Shown here piece by piece: positions 10,070-18,919 of a stretch of DNA of 32,484 nucleotides; the first letter of the stretch is position 1, and each line of letters opens with the position of its first letter. The DNA is from Candidatus Doudnabacteria bacterium (GTDB lineage Bacteria; Patescibacteriota; Doudnabacteria; UBA920; 2-01-FULL-46-14), in NCBI GenBank assembly GCA_041497195.1, contig JBGQGB010000006.1, forward strand, positions 1 to 32,484. The letters are read 5' to 3'. A model generated the notes under the pieces. That model saw only the letters and a list, made by a program, of their open reading frames with translations. It searched no databases and was not told where the DNA came from. A program made the position numbers and the translations under genes.

Positions 10070-10240
10070 TGGTTTTTTTATGTATCCGAATAATTCAGTA
10101 GCGATCAAATCATCAGGAAATCGTGATGGAAAATCAAAACACCGGGCTTTGGGCCAGTTGTGCTCTTCTCCGTTTTTTTTGGCGCAAAAAACATTATCCT
10201 CGCGCCCTGGGGAGGTGTATTATCGAGAGTTTTCAGAGTC

Positions 10241-10269
10241 TTGACAAAGTTTTTTTGAGAAACTAAAAT
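10241..10269 (+). promoter_or_regulatory. rRNA promoter P1
   Basis: TTGACA-17 bp-TAAAAT. Confidence 0.7.
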
Positions 10270-10289
10270 GGCCTATATAGCTTAAATAT

Positions 10290-10318
10290 TTGACATCCCA
10301 GTGGATTAGCGGTATAAT
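10290..10318 (+). promoter_or_regulatory. rRNA promoter P2 (perfect consensus)
   Basis: TTGACA-17 bp-TATAAT. Confidence 0.85.
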
Positions 10319-10364
10319 TGGGGTGAAAGTAGCTAAGCTTGAGGCTTAAGTCTAAGCCAAAAAT

Positions 10365-10409
10365 ATGAAAAACCAGACATTATCGTTAACAAAAACCAGG
10401 CGGTTATGA
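10365..10409 (+). CDS. Putative 14-aa leader peptide MKNQTLSLTKTRRL in the rRNA leader
   Basis: First ATG after P2, in A-rich context. Its 3' end (CAGGCGGT) is complementary to the 5' arm of the downstream terminator. Confidence 0.4.
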   Translation: MKNQTLSLTKTRRL

Positions 10410-10446
10410 GACACGCTTAGTATTTCTGTATCTTGTCGTAACCTGC

Positions 10447-10467
10447 ACCGCCTGTGAGGCGGTTTTT
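10447..10467 (+). terminator. Intrinsic terminator-like hairpin within the rRNA leader
   Basis: ACCGCCT-gtg-AGGCGGT followed by TTTT. Confidence 0.6.
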
Positions 10468-11482
10468 CATTCCTCTTTAAACCTAAAAATTTAGTCATTA
10501 TTCTCAGTTTGTTTATAGAATTCACCGCTTGAGGCAGCCTAATTTTATAGAAGGGTTTTGCCAAATTTTAAAGCGGTGGACTGTGTAAGTAAACGGTTTG
10601 CAGCTTAACAATTGAATATCGTCCATCAAATTTTGATCAGTCAATTTTGATGGATGGGAAAATGAGTGAAACCTCGTTAGTCCGCTCTATAGGCGGATTG
10701 ACGGGAGTCATTCCGTTAGTATCTCGTCTCAAGTGAGATGGCTAACGGGGTGAACGGCAAATTCTGTTTCGTTATTTGGGAAAAGACGAAACAAAACCTA
10801 GTAATTATAAATTGCTAGTCAATGTAGAGCCTCGACATCATAACCTTCGGGTTTGGTGAAGAGGTAAATCTAAAACACCGATAAGGGTATACGGTGGATG
10901 CCTTGGCACAAGAAGCCGACGAAGGACGCAGGAGCCGGCGATACGCCTCGGGGAGCTGGCAAACAAGCTTTGATCCGGGGATGTCCGAATGGGGAAACCT
11001 TTCTGAGTAAACCTCAGAAGTACTCATACGTGGTGTATGGGTAACGACAACCATGCGAAGTGAAACATCTCAGTAGCATGAGGAAAAGAAAACAATTGCT
11101 AGCTTTTTAATTCAGAGCCGCACCATCGGGCTTTGAATTTAAGAAGCTAGTGCATTCCCTCAGTAGTGGCGAGCGAACGGGGAACAGCCAAAACTTCATT
11201 TATGTTGGGAGTTGAGTTTCGATTTATCGAGACTTAACCTCCTTTAAAGGTTACAGCCGTTGTAAATGTGGTGTTGCAAGACCAGTCTATTCGCCCTGTA
11301 AAGGCGAAGGGAAAAATCTTTGAGCTGTCTAGTAGAACACGCCTGGAAAGGCGGACCATAGAAGGTGATAGTCCTGTACGCGAAAGACCTCAATTGTTTC
11401 CTGATTGGTTCTTAAGTACTACGAGACACGTGAAAGCTCGTAGGAAACTGGGTCGACTGCGATCTAAGGCTAAATACTTCTT

Positions 11483-11524
<42 letters not shown>

Positions 11525-13629
11525 CAGCCCGGTGAGGGCGATGAAATAGTATCTGAAACCGTATATCTACAACGAGCGGAAGCGCGCAAGCGCAACCGCG
11601 TGCCTATTGAAGAATGACCCAACGAGTTATCTTACATCTTTTGTCTAAGGGCCCTATACAAGCCTGAAGGCGAAGGGAAACCGAGTGTTAAAAGCGCGTT
11701 CTCTGATTTTTCGGAAAGATATGGCCGCAAGGCTGTTCTTTCCGAAATCTCTGAGAGGAAGGTGTGGGATAGACCCGAAACCCGGCGAGCTACTCATGGC
11801 CAGGATGAACCCAAGGTAACACTTGGGGGAGGTCCGAACTCACTATTGTTGCAAAAATAGGGGATGAGCTGTGAGTAGGGGAGAAATTCCAATCGAGCTG
11901 GGTGATAGCTGGTTCTCCTCGAAATAGCTTTAGGGCTAGCCTTGTGGCTTTGATTGCAAGAGGTAGAGCACTGGATGAGTAGCGGGAGAGCAATCTCTCG
12001 CATTCAACCAAACTCCGAATACTTGTAATTTAGCCCAGGAGTCAGACCGTGAGGTCTAAGCTTCATGTGTCCAAAGGGAAACAGCCCAGATCGTCGTTTA
12101 AGGTCCCTAAATCAAAGCTATAGTGTAAAGGATGTTTTTGTCCCCAGACAGGTAGGAGGTTGGCTCAGAGGTAGCCATCCTTTAAAGAGTGTGTAACAAC
12201 TCACTACTCGAGTCTTCAACTTCGGTTGAAGGGGGACAGGGGCGCCGACAATGTATTGGGGCTAAGCTTTGTACCGAAAACACGAATTGTTCCGGTTTTA
12301 CATCGGAACAGTGGTAGAGGAGCATTGTCAACAGCAGCGAAGTCTGACCCGCGAGGGCAGGTGGAGCGTTGACAAGAGAGAATGTTGGGATAAGTAATAT
12401 TTATGCAGGTGAGAATCCTGCACGCCGAAAGTCCAAGGTTTCCTGGGCAATGATTGTCAGCCCAGGGTTAGCCGGGCCTAACCGCGCTGCCCAAAGGTGG
12501 CGTGGGATGGAAAAGACGGTTGATATTCCGTCGCTACCGCCAAATTATCTCAGGAGTGACGCATCATAGTAGTGCAAGCGTATTCTGACTTATTGCGTTC
12601 CTAAATTTGTAGGAGTGATTTCCAGGTAAATCCGGAAATCGTCTCCCCGACTTGTCGGGGAGGACTTCGAGAGTTTGGGGAAATCTCGCAAGGGAAATTT
12701 GCATGATCCAAGGTGCCCAGAAAAACTTCGGAGTCATGTTTGGTGGTATCCGTACCGCAAACCGACACAGGTGGACGAGGAGAGAATCCTCAGGCGAACG
12801 AGCCAATACTCGTTCAGGAACTCGGCAAAAAAGCGGCCGTACCTTCGGTATAAGGCCTGCCCCGAATTTCTATTAGCAATAATAGTTTTATCGGGGTCGA
12901 AGCGACTGACCCCTCCCGACTGTTTATCAAAAACACAGGTCCCTGCTAAAGCTAAAAGCTGATGTATAGGGGCTGATGCCTGGCCAGTGTCAGAAGGTTA
13001 AAACGACTGGGGCAACCTGGTCGTCCAAGCCCTGATGAACGCCGGCGGTAACTATAACCGTCCTATGGTAGCGAAATTCCTTGTCGTGTAAGTTACGACC
13101 CGCACGAATGGCATAACGAGTGGGGGACTGTCTTAACGAGTAGCTCGATGAATTTGCATTATCGGTAAAGATGCCGTTTTCCCGCAGCAAGACGGAAAGA
13201 CCCTATGAAGCTTTACTATAGGGTGTCATTGGCTCAAGATTTATTTTGCTTAGCATAGGTGGGAGACTTTGAAGCTCTGCTTCCGGGCGGAGTGGAGTCG
13301 AAATATGAAATACCACCCTGAATGAATTTTGAATCTAACTGGTGATTTACCATCACTAGGACAGTGGCTCCTGGGTAGTTTAACTGGGGCGGTTGCCTCC
13401 TAAAAGGTAACGGAGGCGTTTAAAGGTCAGCTAGGCGCGGATGGAAATCGCGCTGGTCGTGCAAAGGCACAAGCTGGCTTAACTGCAAGGCTGGCAAGCC
13501 GCGCAGATGCGAAAGCAGAACTTAGTGATCCGACCATCCATAGTGGTATGGTGGAAGCTCAACGGATAAAAGCTACTCTAGGGATAACAGGCTGATCCGG
13601 TCCAAGAGTCCACATCGACGACCGGGTTT

Positions 13630-13662
<33 letters not shown>

Positions 13663-13666
13663 GTGA

Positions 13667-13703
<37 letters not shown>

Positions 13704-13729
13704 TGGCACGCGAGCTGGGTTCAAAACGT

Positions 13730-14446
13730 AAATTACATTGCGTCTTAGCACAGAAATGTGCTATGTTAATCTGACTAAAATCGGTGAAACCCTACTGGAT
13801 TTCCAAACTTTCCAGAGGGCAATACCGAGGGAAGATTAGATTGTGACCAACGAAGAAAAGTCATACATTGCAGGATTTTTTGATGGTGATGGATGCATTA
13901 TGGCTCAACTGGTAAAGCACAAAGATTATGTCTTTGGGTTTCAAATCAGAGTGAGCATAGTGTTCTATCAAAAGAACAGCCATCAAGAAATTCTTTCTTG
14001 GCTTAAAACTATTCTGAAACTAGGCTATATTCGTCAGCGTAATGACGGCATGACCGAGTACACGATAGTTGGGTTGCAAGAAGTAAAGGAAACTTTAGAA
14101 CTTCTCTATCCATTTCTTCGTTTAAAGAAAGTGTTGGCAAAAGAAGTTATTCAACTGATAAATTCTTACCCAACAAAAATGACAGTGAAAGATCTTGTTC
14201 GCTTGAGTAAAATAGTTGATAAGACAGCAAAGTTTAACTATTCGAAAAAGCGAACCAATACATCGGAAACAGTCATCACTTTCTTGAAAAGTCAAAATCT
14301 TTTCCCCGTAGAGACTTAAAGTTAGGACAAGAACTAACTTTGGATTCTCCGAGATTTGGAGAATAATACGTCAGCCCCTAATTCAGATCCCTTTCTGAAG
14401 AGGGTGAAGATATAGTCCATGCCATTAGTAATAATGGAATTACATG
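13730..14446 (+). mobile_element. Group I intron (IA3-like) at 23S position L2593
   Basis: Interrupts GGGTTCAAAACGT^CGTGAGACAGTTTG. The 5' exon ends in U and the intron ends in G. P/Q/R/S-like elements are AAATCGGTGAAAC, AATACCGAG, CCGTAGAGACT and AAGATATAGTCC, with two extra hairpins after P7. Confidence 0.93.
13843..14319 (+). CDS. Single-motif LAGLIDADG homing endonuclease, I-CreI/I-MsoI family
   Basis: YIAGFFDGDGCIMAQL...FQIRVSIVFYQK; intron-encoded at L2593; C-terminus overlaps the ribozyme core (PVET). Confidence 0.92.
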   Translation: MTNEEKSYIAGFFDGDGCIMAQLVKHKDYVFGFQIRVSIVFYQKNSHQEILSWLKTILKLGYIRQRNDGMTEYTIVGLQEVKETLELLYPFLRLKKVLAKEVIQLINSYPTKMTVKDLVRLSKIVDKTAKFNYSKKRTNTSETVITFLKSQNLFPVET

Positions 14447-14883
14447 CGTGAGACAGTTTGGTCCTTATCTGCTGTGGGCGTACGAAACTTGAGAGGGCTC
14501 TCCGATAGTACGAGAGGACCTCGGAGAATGGGGCTCTGGTGTACCGGTTGTGGTGTCAACTGCATTGCCGGGTAGCTAAACCCCAGTTAGGATAAGCGCT
14601 GAAGGCATATAAGCGCGAAGCCGTCCTCAAGATTAGGTTTCGTTGTTCTGCCGCAAGGCAGGATGAAAGGTTCGGGGAAGACTACCCCGCATATAGGCTG
14701 CAGGTGTAAGAGCCGTAAGGCTTTCAGCCGAGCAGTACTAATCAACCGAAAGTGTTTTAGACTCCTTCGACAGTCTTTGGCTTGCCAAAGACTGTCGAAG
14801 GTTTGACTAGCAATTTGTAATTGGTAGTCCGCCAGTTGGCGGATGTTTTCACTCATTTTCATTGGTAAGTTTCAGTCCTTTTC

Positions 14884-14998
14884 TAGGGTGACATTTGCGA
14901 CGTTGTACCACCCTGCTCCATTCCGAACCAGGTCGTGAAAGACGTCAGCGCCGATGATACTACCGCTAATGCGGTTGGGAAAGTAGGTCGTTGCCCGC
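14884..14998 (+). rRNA. rrf: 5S rRNA
   Basis: CCATTCCGAACC...GTGAAA...GCGCCGATGATAC...GGGAAAGTAGGTCG; terminal helix GGGTGAC/GTTGCCC; end positions are approximate. Confidence 0.92.
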
Positions 14999-15115
14999 TT
15001 TTTCACCCCAAAAATCTGTGGATTTTTGGGGAACCCCGCCCGCTCTTCGCAGTTGGGATACCCATTATGGGTCAATACCGACTGCGAAGAGCGGACTCTG
15101 GAAAAGGACTGAAAG

Positions 15116-15154
15116 AAAGAACCGTCAGCCGCGGCTGACGGTTCTTTTGTTTTT
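15116..15154 (+). terminator. rRNA operon terminator
   Basis: AAAGAACCGTCAGCC-gc-GGCTGACGGTTCTTT then TGTTTTT. Confidence 0.85.
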
Positions 15155-15214
15155 GTCTCTTGACAATAATACAAGATATGATAAAGTATGATTTAGCTCA
15201 GCTAAAGTAGCAAT

Positions 15215-16045
15215 ATGGCAAAAAAACGCTTAACTATCACGCTTGAGGAAGACATTCTCAAGCGGCTCGACAATACCATTGATCATTCCAAGATCCGCAA
15301 TCGCTCCCACGCGATTGAGTTTTTACTGACCTCCTCGCTCAAGCCGAAATCCACCAAAGTTTTGATTCTAGCCGGCGGCGAGGGAGTGAAATTTCGGCCG
15401 TTGACGAATGAGCTGCCAAAATCTCTGATCCCAATTGCGGGCAAGCCGCTCTTGGAACACACGCTGTTGTCTTTGCGGCAGCTGGGCCTTAGTGACATCT
15501 ACATCTCAGTCGGGCATTTGGGCCAAAAGATCAAGGATTATTTTGGTGACGGCCGCAATTTCGGGTTGCATATCACATATCTGGAACAAGCCCGGGCTAA
15601 GCCCGGCACAGCCCAGCCTTTGCTGGAGGCCAAAAAATATTTTGCCACTGAAACCTTTCTTTTGATTTACGCGGACGTGCTCACCAAGTTGAATTTTTTG
15701 GATTTGTTGGATTTCCAAAGTTCGTCCCGCGGGTTGGCTACCATGGCCTTGGTCTCGGTGGAAAAACCATCTATGTGGGGAGTGGCCACTATTCAGGGCA
15801 ACCGGATAATTGATTTTGTGGAAAAACCGAAAGTGAAAACCAAGTCCCATCTCATCAACGCCGGGGTATACGTTTTCAACCCTGAAGTGTTCAAATACAT
15901 TTCGTCAGACTCAGCGCGTCTGGAAAAAGATCTATTCCCGCGCTTGGCTCAAGAGGGCAAACTCAGCGCCTATCCTTTTGAATCAGAGTGGTATGATGTT
16001 TCGACCCCCGAGGTTTACTCGGAAGTTTTGAAAAATTGGAAATAG
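15215..16045 (+). CDS. Ribbon-helix-helix (CopG/NikR-like) fused to a sugar-phosphate nucleotidyltransferase
   Basis: KKRLTITLEEDILKRLD...NRSHAIEFLL is RHH; LILAGGEG...PKSLIPIAGKP, FVEKP, INAGVYVF and WYDV are NTP-transferase motifs. Confidence 0.85.
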   Translation: MAKKRLTITLEEDILKRLDNTIDHSKIRNRSHAIEFLLTSSLKPKSTKVLILAGGEGVKFRPLTNELPKSLIPIAGKPLLEHTLLSLRQLGLSDIYISVGHLGQKIKDYFGDGRNFGLHITYLEQARAKPGTAQPLLEAKKYFATETFLLIYADVLTKLNFLDLLDFQSSSRGLATMALVSVEKPSMWGVATIQGNRIIDFVEKPKVKTKSHLINAGVYVFNPEVFKYISSDSARLEKDLFPRLAQEGKLSAYPFESEWYDVSTPEVYSEVLKNWK

Positions 16046-16173
16046 TATTCAAGGGTTGAGTTTTGCGGATTTTTCCCCCAAAACCCAGCCCTGGAAAGTA
16101 ATCGGAGTAGAAAAGATAGGGCTGGAAAGTAAGCTTTCCAGGGTAGAAAATTTTCAAAATCTGAGGAGGAATC

Positions 16174-17205
16174 ATGCTGACTAGCTTGGTACCAGAGGAG
16201 ATTTTGCAATCTTTCTTTGGCGATAAGCGTCATCATCTGGAACTGATCTCAACCGCTCGTTTCGGAGCTTCCGGTCCCAAAGTTGTTTTCTTGCGAAACG
16301 GCGGGCCAGCCATGCTGGCACTGAAATACGGCAATACCCGAGTACCGATTTCCAAGCAGTTCAACAACCGGATGATCTTGGCGGAGTATCTCCACAACCG
16401 TCTCCCAAAGATCCGTGATTATTGTCGGTACTCCGAGGGAGAGGCCATGCTCATGGAGGCCATCGATGGACCCAATCTGCACGAGGCCGTCATGCTCGGA
16501 AGTCTACCAGACGAGCAGATCCTGGAGGTCCTCAAAAGCATTATCGATGATTTCCATTTGATGTGGCAACAGACCAAATCCACGGCCCAGGCAATCACCT
16601 CACGTGATCCAAAAGCGCGATTGGAGCGGGTGCGGGCAGCAGTTGTGGCTTTTCTTTCCGAAAAAGATATCCAGCTTGATGATCGGTTGGTAGTCAACGG
16701 GAAGGAGCTGGGTACAGCCAGAAGTTTGCTCGGCCGTTTTGACCGCTACTCCGCTCCACAGTTCTCCGTTATCTGCCATTCCGATCTCAATGCGGACAAC
16801 ATCGTAGTTATTCCCAATAACGGCGTGAGTTGGTATATCGTCGATTGGGAGTGGGTCGGCCGACATGATTGGCGGCTATCCTTGAGTCATCTGTATGGCT
16901 GGTGGAGTTCCAACGCAACCCGCCTTGAAACGACCTTTTCCATCCTCAGGGGGCGAAACCGAGTCGAGTTCGTTTACGAGCTTTCAATGCCCCAAGTATG
17001 CCTCCAGATCCAGGATTCATGTCTCAAGGCTGGGGAGAAGATCGCGCTATCGCTTGGGGACGAAAAAAATTGGCGGCAGCAATTCGATATTCTAGTTGCC
17101 GCGTTACTCCTGGGCGACATCCGTTTTGCCAAGGAGCGAGGGCGCAACCAGTATACCATCCCGCTAATTGGCGAGGGATTCCGCCTCCTCGCAAACCAAG
17201 TCTGA
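16174..17205 (+). CDS. APH/choline-kinase-family phosphotransferase
   Basis: CHSDLNADNI catalytic loop and IVDWE metal-binding motif; strong SD GAGGAGG. Confidence 0.75.
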   Translation: MLTSLVPEEILQSFFGDKRHHLELISTARFGASGPKVVFLRNGGPAMLALKYGNTRVPISKQFNNRMILAEYLHNRLPKIRDYCRYSEGEAMLMEAIDGPNLHEAVMLGSLPDEQILEVLKSIIDDFHLMWQQTKSTAQAITSRDPKARLERVRAAVVAFLSEKDIQLDDRLVVNGKELGTARSLLGRFDRYSAPQFSVICHSDLNADNIVVIPNNGVSWYIVDWEWVGRHDWRLSLSHLYGWWSSNATRLETTFSILRGRNRVEFVYELSMPQVCLQIQDSCLKAGEKIALSLGDEKNWRQQFDILVAALLLGDIRFAKERGRNQYTIPLIGEGFRLLANQV

Positions 17206-17243
17206 ACAGGCTAGTCTGTAGAGTGGTAAGCTTCTCCAAGGGC

Positions 17244-18005
17244 TTACCACTTTTTTATTTTTTTCAGCAAGCGGAAAAATGTTTTAGTCAGAAGGGGATT
17301 TGCCGCAATTTGTAATTTTGGTTTTTTTGATATTAATAGTTTTGCCCCTGCTTCACTTAAAATAATCTGCGAAGCGGCGTAGTCCCAGATTTTCATGCTT
17401 TTATCTATAAAAAAATCGTAAGCGCCTTCTGCGACGTAGCAGAGTCCCAAGGCGACGGAGCCAGGGACACGCATTTTCCGGATTTTAGGCAAGAGCTTGG
17501 GAAACAATTTTCTAGCAAATTCTGTATCTCGCCCCCATCCCATTGAGCCGAATGCCTTGGCCGGTTTACGCACGTTTGAGGTTGTGATCTTTTTGCCGTT
17601 GAGTGTTGCTCCGCCATGATATCGCGCAGAATAAAAACGGAAGACAAAAGGCGCGGACACTACGCCCACAACCGGATTATTTTTTTTCAGCAAGGCGAGG
17701 GATATGGCGCAATCGGGAAGACCTTGTAGGTAGTTGGTTGTTCCGTCGATCGGGTCAAACGCCCAGACGTATTCTGCTTTTTCGTTGGTGTTTCCATATT
17801 CCTCCCCGATAAAGCCGTAACGAGGGAACCGTTTGAGGAGGAATTTTTTGGTATCAGCCTCGATTTTTTTGTCTGCGTAAGAAACAAGATTGAGATAGCT
17901 GCCTTCTTTCATCTCAACCTTGGTTTTGGTGCCATGATATCGCCGAAATGTCTTTTCGGCTTTTTTTACGGCTTGGATGGCAATTTTCAGTTCTTTTTCG
18001 TACAT
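17244..18005 (-). CDS. Inositol monophosphatase family protein (SuhB-like)
   Basis: GEE, WAFDPIDGTTNY, GSVALGLCYVAEG and WDYAA motifs. Confidence 0.9.
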   Translation of the reverse strand: MYEKELKIAIQAVKKAEKTFRRYHGTKTKVEMKEGSYLNLVSYADKKIEADTKKFLLKRFPRYGFIGEEYGNTNEKAEYVWAFDPIDGTTNYLQGLPDCAISLALLKKNNPVVGVVSAPFVFRFYSARYHGGATLNGKKITTSNVRKPAKAFGSMGWGRDTEFARKLFPKLLPKIRKMRVPGSVALGLCYVAEGAYDFFIDKSMKIWDYAASQIILSEAGAKLLISKKPKLQIAANPLLTKTFFRLLKKIKKW

Positions 18006-18077
18006 TGTAGATGATTACTTGACAATTAAATAGCCTTAATATACCCTTATTATAAACAAAATTAAGAAGTAGTCAAT

Positions 18078-18827
18078 ATGATTGTAGAAAATCTTCTACA
18101 GTTTGGACTGAATGATAAAGAGATTTCCGTATATCTAAGCCTTATTTCTTTGGGCCCCTCTCCGGTCCGGCTGATTGCCAAACAAGCAAACGTCAACCGC
18201 GGTACTACCTATGATATCTTAAAAGGCTTAGTTGAGCTAGGTTTAGTCAGTTATTACAGGCATTACGGCAAGGAGGACAAGCGCCAATACTTCGTGGCAG
18301 AGCCGCCACAGAAGCTTTTGGATGCGATAGAGAACAAAAAGCGCGGACTCGATACCCTAAAGGTCCATATCGGTAAATCCCTGCCCGAGCTGGAGAGTAT
18401 GTATGAAAAATCCGGGACCAAGCCAGTAGTGAAATATTATGACGGCAACAGCGGGATCAAAACAATTTTGCAGGACGTGCTCAGTACAGTAGCCAAAGCC
18501 AAAGAGCACTCCTACTATGTCTACTCCTCAGCTGACATCAGGGATTATTTGTACAAAGCTTACCCGCACTTCACACCCGAGCGGATCAAGGCCGGCATCA
18601 GGGTCAAAGCTATTGCCATCGGCGAAGGTGGGGAGCTGGCCGGACTGGATGAACGCAAATGGCTCTCCCATGAAGAAAGCTCACCCACTTATGTCCTCAT
18701 CTATGCCGGCAAACTGGCCATGATCTCCATTGACGCGACCAAACAGCCGGTCGGCGTGATTGTGGAGGACAAGGGTTTGTATCGCACGCAGGAAATGGTC
18801 TTTCAAAAGATTTGGTCAACACTGTAG
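18078..18827 (+). CDS. TrmB-family transcriptional regulator
   Basis: GLNDKEISVYLSL...IAKQANVNRGTTYDILKGLVELGLV winged HTH; KPVVKYYDG; IYAGKLAMIS. Confidence 0.88.
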   Translation: MIVENLLQFGLNDKEISVYLSLISLGPSPVRLIAKQANVNRGTTYDILKGLVELGLVSYYRHYGKEDKRQYFVAEPPQKLLDAIENKKRGLDTLKVHIGKSLPELESMYEKSGTKPVVKYYDGNSGIKTILQDVLSTVAKAKEHSYYVYSSADIRDYLYKAYPHFTPERIKAGIRVKAIAIGEGGELAGLDERKWLSHEESSPTYVLIYAGKLAMISIDATKQPVGVIVEDKGLYRTQEMVFQKIWSTL

Positions 18828-18919
18828 GTTTTCTTCAGGCACCTGCACTGCATCAAACAGGAGAAGTGCAGGTGTGTGGAGGAAAGTGGATAGCAGTTTT
18901 GCAATTTTGAGGAGGGTAG

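Noticed and set aside
10100-10180. Loose resemblance to a c-di-GMP-I riboswitch (CAAA-helix-GAAA-helix...CAAA...GCCAGTTG)
   Set aside because: The key GGCAAA/GACGCAAA nucleotides and the P1 pairing are absent, the second helix is weak and there is no downstream CDS. An Infernal scan would be needed to revive it.
10126-10266. 46-aa ORF MENQNTGLW... upstream of the rRNA promoters
   Set aside because: It overlaps promoter P1, has no clear promoter or RBS and shows no recognisable features.
16091-16150. Direct repeats as a possible mini CRISPR array
   Set aside because: Only two 11-bp copies with a 20-nt spacer, and no cas genes.
16174-17205. Calling the APH-family gene an aminoglycoside resistance gene
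   Set aside because: Only the fold-level motifs match, and the context points to sugar or small-molecule metabolism.
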